From: an uncultured Boseongicola sp.
GTDB taxonomy: Bacteria; Actinomycetota; Acidimicrobiia; Spongiisociales; ZC4RG35
DNA: 64,000 nt
Direction of reading: 5' to 3'
NCBI GenBank assembly: GCA_964194555.1
Contig: CAXMMT010000007.1
Span: 1,117-65,116 of the forward strand
Shown: positions 18,000-27,266 of the stretch, in pieces
Numbering within the stretch: position 1 is the first letter of the stretch
Layout of the letters: every line of letters starts with the position of its first letter
Position numbers and translations under genes: made by a program
Notes under the pieces: generated by a model
What the model saw: only the letters and a program-made list of their open reading frames with translations
Told to the model about the DNA's origin: nothing
Database searches by the model: none

Positions 18000-18397
18000 T
18001 CAGCCGGTGATGTTGTCGCGCCCTACGAGCTCGCCGTCGACTCCGTTGCGGGCACCGAACTCCTCGGCTCTGTCCTCACCCATGTAGAGGCCGCCTGAGC
18101 GTGGCGATCCGGCGCACCTCCTCGAGGTCATCAGATATTTCGACCGTTCCCTCGACAAGGACATACCCATAAGGAGGTTCTTCATAGTCGACCACCAGAG
18201 CTGCTCTCGAGTCGGCGGCAAGATTGCGCGCCTTCAGGCTGCTGTACCAGGCGTTGAAGACAAGATCCTCTCCTTCGACTATGAAACACACAGTAACGAC
18301 ATGAGGCCGTCCATCAGGCCTCAAAGTGGCCAGCTTGCTGGTGTGAGTGCGTCCGGAAAGAAAAGGCCAGGCCCTCTGATCTACTCATCTGTCGCAT
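18000..18397 (-). pseudogene. Pyridoxamine 5'-phosphate oxidase (PPOX / F420-dependent family) gene disrupted by two frameshifts
   Basis: Three frames together spell one PPOX-like protein. They are MRQMSRSEGLAF / (F)LSGRTHTSKLATLRPDGRPHVVTVCF...EEVRRIATL / GGLYMGEDRAEEFGARNGVDGELVGR. The shifts lie near 18355-18365 and 18085-18100. Confidence 0.6.
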
Positions 18398-18398
18398 C

Positions 18399-19127
18399 TC
18401 AGAGGGCGTCGCGTTTGCGTAGTGCCCAGGTGAGTACCACAAGACCGACCAACACCGTACCCGCGATCTTGGCAACACCTCCGCCGACGCCGGCAACGAC
18501 CGGGCCGAGAGCCTCTGAGGCTTCATCGCCGAACACAGAAGCCATATCTGCGTAGATCGACAGGGCAATTCTCCAGATCGAGAACTGGGCAATTCCCGGC
18601 ACGGCGGAGGCGAGGATTGTCTCCACGACGATTATGTAGCCGAGGCCGACGAGGAGGGACCTGGGCACCAGATACCCAAGAGGCACGAACACAGCCGCGT
18701 AGCCGATTCCGGCGGCTACGAAGAGTGCAAGTCCGGGCAATGCGATCGAGATGTCAGCTCCTAATGCGACGGTGGCCAGGGCGGTCGTCAGCCAACCGCC
18801 AAGAGCAACAGTCAGGACGGCGGCGATCGCAGCCAGCATCGAGGAGATGGCCAGGGACAAGCGAGACATCGGCCTCATGTAGATGTAGGGGAGGGTCCCG
18901 GCATCCCTCTCCTCGCGCAAGGTAGCCACAGTGAGTATCAGGGCCGCAATGGCGAATGAGTAGCCCGCGATCGCGATGATGTCGGAGTAGAGACCGGCCA
19001 GTTCGTCTGGGTCGGCATCGAAAGCGGCAAGCCAGTACACGAAGCCCGGAACCGAGGCGAGAGCCACGAGGCCGATGACTCTCCACTTCCGCATTAACCG
19101 GCGATACAGGTGACGCGCCAGAACCAT
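18399..19127 (-). CDS. ABC-2-type transporter permease-like membrane protein
   Basis: 242 aa, ~6 TM. Its start overlaps the stop of the upstream ATPase by 1 nt. Confidence 0.65.
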   Translation of the reverse strand: MVLARHLYRRLMRKWRVIGLVALASVPGFVYWLAAFDADPDELAGLYSDIIAIAGYSFAIAALILTVATLREERDAGTLPYIYMRPMSRLSLAISSMLAAIAAVLTVALGGWLTTALATVALGADISIALPGLALFVAAGIGYAAVFVPLGYLVPRSLLVGLGYIIVVETILASAVPGIAQFSIWRIALSIYADMASVFGDEASEALGPVVAGVGGGVAKIAGTVLVGLVVLTWALRKRDAL

Positions 19128-20044
19128 CAGCTTCCTTCGACCAGGTATCGAAAGACCGACTCCAACGACTCGTCTAGAGGCTCAACATTTGTGATGCTGA
19201 TAGCCGAGTCCAGAGCGACCTGGGGCAACAAACGAGCCAAACCTCCCGCATCGGAAGCTTCGATCCGAAGCTGGCCATCTTCGACATGGACACCCACGAC
19301 GCCATCGGAACCGATCAGCTCCGCCGCCAATTTTCTTGGCTCGGAGCACTCAACGAACACCTGAAGGGGTCTGTCGGTCATGGCGGCCCGAATCGTCGGA
19401 ACGCTTCCAACGGCAGCCAACCGGCCATCCACCATCGCCACGACACGATCCGCCATCCGCTCCACCTCCACAAGCACATGCGAGGAGACGATGACGGTTC
19501 GTCCGGCCGCTCCGAGGTCCTTGAAGAGTTCGATGAGCTGCGCCCTTTGCACCGGATCGGCGCCATTGAGAGGCTCGTCGAGTAGCAAGACGTCCGGGTC
19601 GGTCACCAGGGCAGCGGCAACTTTGGCGCGCTGACGCATTCCCTTGGAGAACCCACCAAGCTTGCGATGAGCGCTGTCGAGAAGCTCGACAGTTCCCAGC
19701 ACAGTCTCGGCACGACCTTTGGAGTCATCGACGCGGGCTAGACGAGCCGCCAGCTCGACAAATTGGCGCCCGGTCAGACGCTCATAAATGGCTTCGTCCT
19801 CGGGGACGAGCGACATTCTCTGGTAGATGGCCGAGTCGGCTCTCGGATTCACGCCGAGAACTGTCACCTCGCCCTGTGACGGGCGTTGCAACCCGGCTAT
19901 CACCCTCAGCAGAGTCGTCTTACCTGCACCGTTGGGCCCGAGAAGTCCCGTGACACCAGGCCCGAATCCAATGGAAACCTCGCTGACCGCAACCTTGGGC
20001 CCAAACCACTTGGAAAGCTCGGTGACGACGACGGTATCGGTCAT
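19127..20044 (-). CDS. ABC transporter ATP-binding protein
   Basis: Walker A GPNGAGKTT, signature FSKGMRQRAKVAAAL and Walker B LLLLDEP. Confidence 0.9.
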   Translation of the reverse strand: MTDTVVVTELSKWFGPKVAVSEVSIGFGPGVTGLLGPNGAGKTTLLRVIAGLQRPSQGEVTVLGVNPRADSAIYQRMSLVPEDEAIYERLTGRQFVELAARLARVDDSKGRAETVLGTVELLDSAHRKLGGFSKGMRQRAKVAAALVTDPDVLLLDEPLNGADPVQRAQLIELFKDLGAAGRTVIVSSHVLVEVERMADRVVAMVDGRLAAVGSVPTIRAAMTDRPLQVFVECSEPRKLAAELIGSDGVVGVHVEDGQLRIEASDAGGLARLLPQVALDSAISITNVEPLDESLESVFRYLVEGS

Positions 20045-20922
20045 GCCAGTTTCCGATATCGCCGGCGAACAATGACGACCGCTGCCACTACGACCACCAC
20101 GACCACAGCAACGGACGTCCAGACTCCGAAACCTGCAATCTCGGCGGGATATTCGACAGTGTCCTCGAACAGGGCATCGCGGATGATTCGAGGGTGTTGG
20201 TCAAAAGCCAGCAAGGATGCCCAGCGTGCTCCAGGGAAAGATGCCTCGGCCACTCTGGCGGCGATGCCTCCGCCGGCTGTCAGCAGCCCGAAGAAGGCGG
20301 CGGCGGCGATTCCGGTTCTGTCTATCAGAGCCGAAAGAACGAAGACAATGGCGCCGTTGAGTGCAATGAATGCAAGAGTCGTCACCGGAACCTTCCACAA
20401 GACGTCCAGTGTTTCCCCCATGTACGGAAGAAACCCGTCGCTGGCGATGAGTCCGAGACCGAGGTGCAAGACAATCTGGGGGACCATGTAGATCGCCGCG
20501 ACCACCGTCACAAAGGCACCCACCTTCGAGACGAGATATCCGTCCACTGTCAGTGGCCGGGAGAAATAGACCGAGAGAACGCCCCTACTGCGGTCCGGTA
20601 TGAGCAGAAGTGGTCCCGCCAGAGTCATGAACAGCAGGGAAATGGCCGAGTAGAAATCGAATAGGCCGCCGTAGGTCGGAACACCCTCACGGAGACTCTC
20701 CTCGATGTTTCCTATGGCCCAGTGAATACCAATGAAGACTGCGGCCGCGATGAGGCCGACCGAAAGCAGTCCCCACGGGATGATCTTGAGCATTGCCTTG
20801 CGGCGTAGACCTAGTACCCGTCGAATTCCGTCCTTGTAGACGGCCGATCTTGCTCCCGATGGTCCAGTGCGAGGCCCGTCGTAGGTGCGGTATCCGCGGT
20901 CGTAGATGATCTGGTCTGTCAC
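20041..20922 (-). CDS. ABC-2-type transporter permease-like membrane protein
   Basis: 293 aa, multi-TM, with 4-nt overlaps on both sides. Confidence 0.65.
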   Translation of the reverse strand: MTDQIIYDRGYRTYDGPRTGPSGARSAVYKDGIRRVLGLRRKAMLKIIPWGLLSVGLIAAAVFIGIHWAIGNIEESLREGVPTYGGLFDFYSAISLLFMTLAGPLLLIPDRSRGVLSVYFSRPLTVDGYLVSKVGAFVTVVAAIYMVPQIVLHLGLGLIASDGFLPYMGETLDVLWKVPVTTLAFIALNGAIVFVLSALIDRTGIAAAAFFGLLTAGGGIAARVAEASFPGARWASLLAFDQHPRIIRDALFEDTVEYPAEIAGFGVWTSVAVVVVVVVAAVVIVRRRYRKLA

Positions 20923-21830
20923 GCGTCTTCTCCTTGGCGAAGAAAGAGGTCCTCGAGCGAAGCTGAACCTCTGACCATGCGAACCAGGCCGGAGCCGACG
21001 CCCGCCGCCTCTTCGACGATGGCCTGCTCGAGGGTCTCATCGCCAGGTCCGACAACGAACCGATGCCCTTCAACGGTGGTGTCAAAACCTCTCGCTCGGA
21101 GTCTGGTGGCCACCATCTCAGCATCATCGAGCACCTCGACCAGCACAGTTCCCAGCCTCTCGAAACCCTCCAAGGGACCCGAACGAAGAAGACTTCCTCC
21201 GTCGAGCATCACTACCCAGTTGCAGGTGTCCTCGATGTCGGTCAGTACATGTGAGCTGATGATGACGTTGATATCGAACTCGCCCAGCCTTCTGATCAGT
21301 CGGAGCATCTGCACCCGTCCCTCAGGGTCTAGACCGGAAGCCGGTTCGTCCAGCAGAAGAAGATCCGGATCGTGAACGATCGCCTGGGCGAGTTTGACTC
21401 GCTGCTGCATTCCCGTGGAGAAGTCGCCAAGGAAACGGAATCTCTCTTCCTCCAGGCCGACCAGGAAGAGGGTCTCTGATGATCTTCGCTTCGCCTCTCG
21501 GGAGGGGATGCCGGCGAGCTGGGCTGCATAGGAGACAAAGTCGGCTGCTGTTTGATCCTTGGGGAGGCATTCGACTTCGGGCATGTACCCGATACGTGCG
21601 CGCACGGCGAGGGGTTCGGTCTGTGGATCGTGACCGAGGACACTCATCCTCCCGGAAGTGGGATGAAGGAGTCCCAGCATCAAGCGGAGCATCGTTGTCT
21701 TGCCCGCTCCGTTGGCGCCAACCAGACCGGTGATTCCCGGAGGCACCTGAAGGGAAAGATCTTGGAGGGCAACCACGTCGCCGTAATCGTGGGTCAGGTC
21801 GGAGACCTCGAGGATGCTGCTCAGACCCAT
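20919..21830 (-). CDS. ABC transporter ATP-binding protein
   Basis: Start at ATG 21830 (MGLSSILEVSDLTHDYG). Walker A GANGAGKTT, signature FSTGMQQRVKLAQAI and Walker B LLLLDEP. The tracked N-terminal extension to 22007 is rejected because it overlaps the ligase 3' end. Confidence 0.88.
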   Translation of the reverse strand: MGLSSILEVSDLTHDYGDVVALQDLSLQVPPGITGLVGANGAGKTTMLRLMLGLLHPTSGRMSVLGHDPQTEPLAVRARIGYMPEVECLPKDQTAADFVSYAAQLAGIPSREAKRRSSETLFLVGLEEERFRFLGDFSTGMQQRVKLAQAIVHDPDLLLLDEPASGLDPEGRVQMLRLIRRLGEFDINVIISSHVLTDIEDTCNWVVMLDGGSLLRSGPLEGFERLGTVLVEVLDDAEMVATRLRARGFDTTVEGHRFVVGPGDETLEQAIVEEAAGVGSGLVRMVRGSASLEDLFLRQGEDA

Positions 21831-21870
21831 TGCCGCGAAGTGTGGCAGCTTCTCGCCGCCACCATGGCGG

Positions 21871-22890
21871 TCAGACCACGACGTCGCGGAAGCCTGGCCC
21901 TTCAGGACGTTCCAACTGGTCCATTGTGCACTCCGTGGCGTCCTTGTCGGGACGCCAGCGGTGAAAGCGGGTGGCGTGACGGAAGCGGTCTCCTTCGAGC
22001 TGGTCATAGCTCACCTCAACCACCACGCCGGGTTTCACCGGTGTCCACCGGTTGTCTTTGCCTGCCGACCAGCGGCTGGGGCCGCCCGGAGCGCGGGCAG
22101 CCTCGTCGAAGCTCTCATCGGACCGCAACTCCATGAAGCGGTCGTAGATCTCCACTCGGTCAGCATTGGGGAATCCGGAACAGTGTCCGATGAAGTGAAA
22201 ATCGCTGTTGTCGTTGTACAGCCCGAGGAGCAGCGATCCGATCTTCCCGCCATCCTTATGCTCACGAAAACCGCCGACCACGACGTCGATCGTGCGACGG
22301 TGCTTGATCTTGATCATCGCCCTTTTGCCATGCTGATAGGCCAGGTCAGCTCGTTTGGCAATGATCCCGTCACATCCGGCCGGTTCGTATTCGTCGAACC
22401 ACACTTTGGCGACATCTTCGCTCGTTGTCTGCGGGGTGAGATGCCAAGGATGGGTGAGCTCTTCGACGAGAGCCACTAGATGTTGGCGTCGTTCGGAGAA
22501 AGGTTCCTCCTTCAGGCTCTCGCCCCGATAGGCAAGGATGTCGAAGGCGACCAATTCGGCCGGTGTTGCCTCCGAGAGCAGGTTCACCCTCGACTCGGCG
22601 GGATGGATGCGCTGTTGCAGCGAGTCGAAATCTGTGACCCCGTCGACTACAACCACGATTTCTCCATCGACCACGGTGCCGGGTGGTAGTTGTTGCAGCG
22701 CCGCTACCAGCTCCGGAAAGTAGCGCAACAGGGGTCGTTGGTTGCGTGAGTCCAGTCTCAGATCTGGTGCCGACCAGGAGAGGGACCGGAAGCCGTCCCA
22801 CTTGGGCTCGTAGACGAAGTCCCCTTTCGGCCAGCGCTCCGACACCTTTGCCTCCATGGTCTTCAACGGTGCAGGAAAGGGATGGCTCAT
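21871..22890 (-). CDS. ATP-dependent DNA ligase (stand-alone LigC/LigD ligase-domain type)
   Basis: Adenylation motif I YEPKWDGFR, then OB-fold-like C-terminus (...RFHRWRPDKD). ATG at 22890 (MSHPFPAPLKTMEAKV) avoids overlap with the divergent yihY-like gene. Confidence 0.88.
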   Translation of the reverse strand: MSHPFPAPLKTMEAKVSERWPKGDFVYEPKWDGFRSLSWSAPDLRLDSRNQRPLLRYFPELVAALQQLPPGTVVDGEIVVVVDGVTDFDSLQQRIHPAESRVNLLSEATPAELVAFDILAYRGESLKEEPFSERRQHLVALVEELTHPWHLTPQTTSEDVAKVWFDEYEPAGCDGIIAKRADLAYQHGKRAMIKIKHRRTIDVVVGGFREHKDGGKIGSLLLGLYNDNSDFHFIGHCSGFPNADRVEIYDRFMELRSDESFDEAARAPGGPSRWSAGKDNRWTPVKPGVVVEVSYDQLEGDRFRHATRFHRWRPDKDATECTMDQLERPEGPGFRDVVV

Positions 22891-22926
22891 TGGAAGTGAT
22901 TGTATTCCCGATAGCCTGAGCGACCG

Positions 22927-23928
22927 ATGGTGGCCAAGATCAGATCCGGAGCGCATTTTGCCTTTGACATTCTTCTCGCTGCGGCTCATGAATACGGAGT
23001 CGATCGTGTCAGCCGGATGTCTGCAGCCGTTGCCTACCGAGGCATGTTCGCAATCGCGCCGATGTTGATTATTGCGGTTGGTGTTCTAGGCGCCGTCGTC
23101 GGTGGTTCGGAGGAGGCTCAGCAGGAAATCTTCGAGTCAATCGAACGCTTCGCGGGAGCGGAAGTAGCCGACGCGTTGACGACTTTCGTGTCGTCGGCGG
23201 TGACCGTGGGCAACACCGCGGCGATTGTCGGGATCATCCTGCTTCTGTGGACGTCTTCGAGTCTTTTCTATGAGATCCAGAACGATCTGAACGACATCTT
23301 CCACGTCCCTTACGAGTACACCTCCGGCATCATGGGGTTCGTCAAGAAGCGCGGCGTTGGGTTCCTGTGGGCTGTAGGACTCGGCATAACCCTGATCGCT
23401 GTTTGGTTTCTGAATCTGCTGTGGCGATTCTTCGGAGGTGTCTTTCCCGACGATCTCTCATGGGTTCACCGTCTCATCGCCCTTCTCACGCCGCTGGTCT
23501 CCGTCATCGTTCTGCCGGTCCTGTTTGCTCTCATATTCCAGTCGATGACGGCGATCAAGGTCCGATGGCGGGCGGTGTGGCTCGGAGCGATCTTCACCGC
23601 TGTCGTTTTCCTGACGGCTGCCTACGGAACCGGTCTCTACTTCGCTTGGGATGACGGTGCTTCCGCTCTATCCCTTGCCGGTGCGTTCTTCGTCCTCCTC
23701 CTGCTTGCCTACGTCCTGGCCAGTGTGTTTCTCTTTGGAGCGGTGGTCACCAAGGTCTACGACGACTTTCTCGATGCGGGCGACATCAAGTCACCAAGCC
23801 TCCGCGACAAGGAGACCGGCCCCACCCCGAACGTGCTGATCGCAGAGCCTCCCGAGCCAGTGCCGGTGGCCACGGTTTTAGCCTTTCTCGGTGGTTTGTT
23901 CGTCGGCTGGCGGCGCAACCGTCGTTAG
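22927..23928 (+). CDS. YihY/BrkB (virulence factor BrkB / RNase BN-like) family membrane protein
   Basis: HEYGVDRVSRMSAAVAYRGMFAIAPMLIIAVG... plus ~6 TM. Confidence 0.8.
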   Translation: MVAKIRSGAHFAFDILLAAAHEYGVDRVSRMSAAVAYRGMFAIAPMLIIAVGVLGAVVGGSEEAQQEIFESIERFAGAEVADALTTFVSSAVTVGNTAAIVGIILLLWTSSSLFYEIQNDLNDIFHVPYEYTSGIMGFVKKRGVGFLWAVGLGITLIAVWFLNLLWRFFGGVFPDDLSWVHRLIALLTPLVSVIVLPVLFALIFQSMTAIKVRWRAVWLGAIFTAVVFLTAAYGTGLYFAWDDGASALSLAGAFFVLLLLAYVLASVFLFGAVVTKVYDDFLDAGDIKSPSLRDKETGPTPNVLIAEPPEPVPVATVLAFLGGLFVGWRRNRR

Positions 23929-23981
23929 TGCCCTGTTACTAGTTCCCCACAAAGCTCTCTTCTCGAATAACCTCACATGCA

Positions 23982-24551
23982 ATGAACGTTGACATCGCCG
24001 GCTTCGTCACTGATCTGAAAGAGCATGCCACCGAGCATGGGTTTCACGTACATGACGAGCGCCACTTCGTCGAGACCTATTCATTGAGACAGTCCTGGGA
24101 GGTCGATGTCCACCCGGAAGCCGGGTGCGGAGGTCCTATCGATCTGCACCTTGCGCTCGACGTCGACCCCAAAGTGGTTCTGTCGCTACGCGATCGGCTC
24201 GATGAGATGGACGCCGAGTTCGAGGAACCGGAGAACGACTACCACCTCGACCTCTATTTCAACTGGGCCGTGCCGCCACTGCTCAATCCTCCCGATCTAC
24301 TGATTCTGGCAACCGATCTGGCAGGAATCGGGGGGACAACGTTGTCGACCGAAGTGTCTGCAATCGACTCTTATGCCGCGGTAACGGACGCTCCTGAGCG
24401 CAGGCTGATGCTCCAGGGGAAGTCCTCGGTCAGCCTGGTCGACATCCTCATGGGCCGTGAGCAGCTATGCGAGGTTCTCGACCAGTCGCACGAGACCTCG
24501 GAGTATCTGCTCGACCGTGTCGAGGGATGGATGGAACTGCCCGCCCAGTGA
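23982..24551 (+). CDS. Hypothetical acidic protein
   Basis: 189-aa ORF with clean coding character. No motif recognised. Confidence 0.5.
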   Translation: MNVDIAGFVTDLKEHATEHGFHVHDERHFVETYSLRQSWEVDVHPEAGCGGPIDLHLALDVDPKVVLSLRDRLDEMDAEFEEPENDYHLDLYFNWAVPPLLNPPDLLILATDLAGIGGTTLSTEVSAIDSYAAVTDAPERRLMLQGKSSVSLVDILMGREQLCEVLDQSHETSEYLLDRVEGWMELPAQ

Positions 24552-24558
24552 CGCACCA

Positions 24559-24996
24559 CTAGCCTGCGAGCAAGCTCATTACAGCCCACAATCCGAGGGA
24601 TGCAGTGACACCGGCCAGAGCGTAAAAGGCGACACGGGTCGCCGGCTTCGGCGGCGGCGCTTCGTCAGGATTCTCCTGTGGAGCAGACTCCTCCACCTTT
24701 TCGGGCCCGACGTTTTCTGTCTCATGTTGCTCGGTCACACGCTCCGGGATTGGAGTCACCTCTCCGTTCAGCCTCGCCGCAAAGAGACCCGGGTTGTTGG
24801 GGATGAACTCGAGGGCCTCGCCCTCCGCCGTGATCGTGTAGACGCCTTCGCCGTCATGGTCGAGCGAGTACTCGCCCTCGGCCCATTTGCCGATCTCTGC
24901 CCCACCAGAAGACATTCGGAGTGCGGCATCCTCGAATGAAATGATGACCGAAATCCGGTTGTTGTCGAGGTTGATCACACCTTCATAGATCGTCAT
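24559..24996 (-). CDS. Hypothetical protein with C-terminal membrane anchor
   Basis: MTIYEGVINLDNNRISVI... with C-terminal TM RVAFYALAGVTASLGLWAVMSLLAG. ATG at 24996 is preferred over the tracked 25029. Confidence 0.45.
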   Translation of the reverse strand: MTIYEGVINLDNNRISVIISFEDAALRMSSGGAEIGKWAEGEYSLDHDGEGVYTITAEGEALEFIPNNPGLFAARLNGEVTPIPERVTEQHETENVGPEKVEESAPQENPDEAPPPKPATRVAFYALAGVTASLGLWAVMSLLAG

Positions 24997-25059
24997 CGGC
25001 CGTTCCCCGTGGCTGTTGCACGAGCACAAACTAGGCGATTGTGCATCCGGTTTGTTGGT

Positions 25060-25755
25060 CTAGAACGGGATCTCGACTGCGTCGCAGAGAAAGCGGGCGA
25101 ATGCCGAGCCTTTGGTGTACATGGATGCGAGCTCGGCGTCGAACCCGGCGGAGGTCACCTGAGCCTGACTCAACCGTCCTCCGGCGATGAAGCTCCTCAT
25201 CCGTAAGTCGTCGGGGTAGGGATGTCCATCGTCCAGTTCTTTGGGGACTCTCTTGAGCATGTCGTTCTCGTCGGGTGCAATCGACCATGTGTTTGAGAAG
25301 GCCTTTCCCTTCGAGGCTTGGCTCCATCCGGTCGGGTCGTCGTGAATCGCCTGACGTATAGCTCGCGCCACCGGAGCTTCCGGCCGCCAGAGTCCGACGC
25401 CGGCGAAACACGCTCTCGGCTCTATGTGGAGGTAGAAGCCTGGTGCGTGGATGTCCTTGCCCTGTTCGTGTCGGAATTGAATGCCCACGTTGGTCTTGTA
25501 TAGCGTTTTGTCTTTGGAGAAGCGGACGTCCCGATACGGTCTCATCAGGGATCCTCCGACGGTGCGTGAGTGTGCGACGAAGTGTGGTGAGATCTTCTTC
25601 AACCTGACCTCGAAGTCGTTGATGAACTCGAGAGCCGGCTCGCGGATCACATGGGTGTAGCGATCTTTGTTGTCCTCCCACCAGGCTTTCTCGTTGTTCG
25701 ACTCCAACTCGTTGAGGAAGTCAAAAACACCCCTGGTGAAATATCTCTTGGCCAT
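25060..25755 (-). CDS. DUF2461 (TIGR02453) family protein
   Basis: FTRGVFDFLNELESNNEKAWWEDNKDRYTHVIREPALEF... is the characteristic N-terminus. Confidence 0.8.
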   Translation of the reverse strand: MAKRYFTRGVFDFLNELESNNEKAWWEDNKDRYTHVIREPALEFINDFEVRLKKISPHFVAHSRTVGGSLMRPYRDVRFSKDKTLYKTNVGIQFRHEQGKDIHAPGFYLHIEPRACFAGVGLWRPEAPVARAIRQAIHDDPTGWSQASKGKAFSNTWSIAPDENDMLKRVPKELDDGHPYPDDLRMRSFIAGGRLSQAQVTSAGFDAELASMYTKGSAFARFLCDAVEIPF

Positions 25756-25907
25756 TGCTGTCCCTTTCGGTTTGCACTCACCAACCTAAGCGAGGCAGGG
25801 GACAGTTTGGAAGAGGGTTGTGAGGGTACGCGGACGGTGCCCACCCATTTTAGCTGGAACGATGAGGTCTGAAGTCGTCGTTTGGGGGCCCGGCATAGGA
25901 GAGTTGA

Positions 25908-27092
25908 TCAGCCCAGGACCCGTCGGCAGCTCCACGCACGCCAGAAGTATTGGCCGAGTTCCTCGTATCGGTTGCCAAGCCAGGCGGCGGAGGCGACATT
26001 GGCCTCCGACTCGAACGCGCTGTGCCCGCCGTATCCGGCCTTGGGGGCCGTTGATGCCCATGTGCTCGGAATGAACTGGAACAGACCCGAGGCACCGGAG
26101 TAGGGGTTGTAAGCGCCAGGGTCGCCGTTGCTCTCGCAGTCGATGATTCGGAGTGCTTCTTCTACCCGGTTCGATGGGAAGAACTGCTGGACAAGGGGGC
26201 GCCATCGCTCAACCGCCGGGGGATGATTCCACGAGGCTCCACCATCACTGGTGGCGGTTGTGGTGTTGGAAAGTGTTGTGGTGGTCGACGAAGTGGACGG
26301 TGGTGATGCGGGTGGTGTGGTTTCCGGTGGGCTCGTTGTACTCGGTGAGGTCGTTGTCGTGGTCGTAGCCCTGTCCTCCTGTCGGCTGCGCTCCTCCTCC
26401 CGGGCGCGAGCGAGGTCGACTGCACTCAGGGCCTCTCGGTATTCGGCGTCAGCTCGCTGAGCTTCACGAACGGCGGAGGCAACAGCGCTGCCGGCCTTGT
26501 CGTAAAGCTCGGCGAGATGCTCAACTTCAGCGTCGACTTCCTCCTGGAGGACGCGGTATTCCTCCTGCTCTGCGAGGTATGTCAGTTGGAGTTGCTCGAG
26601 GCTCCGCCGCTTGATGACCAGCTCGTCGACGTTTGCTCGACCGCTGGCTACCACATCCTCGACGACCGATGATGCCACCAATGCCTTCTCGACAGATTCG
26701 GAGTTGACCAGCGAAACGGTTGGCGACGACAACACCGTCATGTACGCGTCGACGGCTTGAACCTCGATCTGAGCCCGGATTCCAGCAAGCTCCACATCTG
26801 CAAAGCCGAGCTGCTCCGCGGTTCGGTCCAGACCCGTTCCGACAATGGACAACTGGGCTGAAAGCTCGTTGACCCTGGCGATGGAGTCGGCTAGCTCATT
26901 CTCGATCTGCTCTCGTTCGGCGACTGCGCTGTCGACCAGACCGGTGGCGGCATCAGTTTTGTCCTTGGCGTCGTCGGCGTCCTCTTCGGCGTCATCGACA
27001 CTTTGGGCGTAGGCGAGGGGTCCGTCTACCGAGGCGACAGACAGAAACAGCGAGAACGCGATGACAGCCGGGAGGAAGCGAAAGAGCCGCAT
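25908..27092 (-). CDS. Secreted cell-wall lytic transglycosylase (signal peptide, coiled coil, Thr/Pro/Ser linker, SLT-like domain)
   Basis: ATG at 27092 gives MRLFRFLPAVIAFSLFLSVASVDGPLAYA. A long heptad-rich region follows, then TTTTTSPSTTSPPETTPPASPPSTSSTTTT. The catalytic block is IIDCESNGDPGAYNPYSGASGLFQFIPSTW. The tracked extension to 27557 is rejected. Confidence 0.8.
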   Translation of the reverse strand: MRLFRFLPAVIAFSLFLSVASVDGPLAYAQSVDDAEEDADDAKDKTDAATGLVDSAVAEREQIENELADSIARVNELSAQLSIVGTGLDRTAEQLGFADVELAGIRAQIEVQAVDAYMTVLSSPTVSLVNSESVEKALVASSVVEDVVASGRANVDELVIKRRSLEQLQLTYLAEQEEYRVLQEEVDAEVEHLAELYDKAGSAVASAVREAQRADAEYREALSAVDLARAREEERSRQEDRATTTTTTSPSTTSPPETTPPASPPSTSSTTTTLSNTTTATSDGGASWNHPPAVERWRPLVQQFFPSNRVEEALRIIDCESNGDPGAYNPYSGASGLFQFIPSTWASTAPKAGYGGHSAFESEANVASAAWLGNRYEELGQYFWRAWSCRRVLG

Positions 27093-27135
27093 GGGGATGG
27101 GAAAAGCGTAACCAACCGACGCCACTGCGAGAAGT

Positions 27136-27156
27136 GGAGACTCGCGATCAGTCTCC
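27136..27156 (-). other. 7-bp hairpin in the transglycosylase 5' leader
   Basis: GGAGACT-cgcgatc-AGTCTCC, 44-64 nt upstream of the ATG at 27092. Confidence 0.3.
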
Positions 27157-27168
27157 GACCAGGGACAA

Positions 27169-27266
27169 TGCGTGTGCTTGACATCGGGCCCACGCCCCCA
27201 ATCTGTGCACACGGATGACGGTTGCGTGTGCATGACGTCGGCCCCACGCTCCCAACCTGTGCACAC
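27169..27266. repeat. Two tandem 44-nt units (period 54 nt), each ending in the palindrome TGTGCACA
   Basis: 27169-27212 is TGCGTGTGCTTGACATCGGGCCCACGCCCCCAATCTGTGCACAC. 27223-27266 is TGCGTGTGCATGACGTCGGCCCCACGCTCCCAACCTGTGCACAC. They match at 39 of 44 positions by my count. Each unit is bounded by inverted GTGTGC...GCACAC. Confidence 0.75.

Noticed and set aside
26251-26400. Repetitive ACC/ACG/GGT-rich tracts here and at 36400-36500 and 20070-20110, considered as possible tandem repeats or CRISPR-like arrays.
   Set aside because: They are in-frame codon repeats encoding Thr/Ser/Pro linkers or Val/Ala/Thr runs within ORFs. There is no repeat-spacer periodicity.
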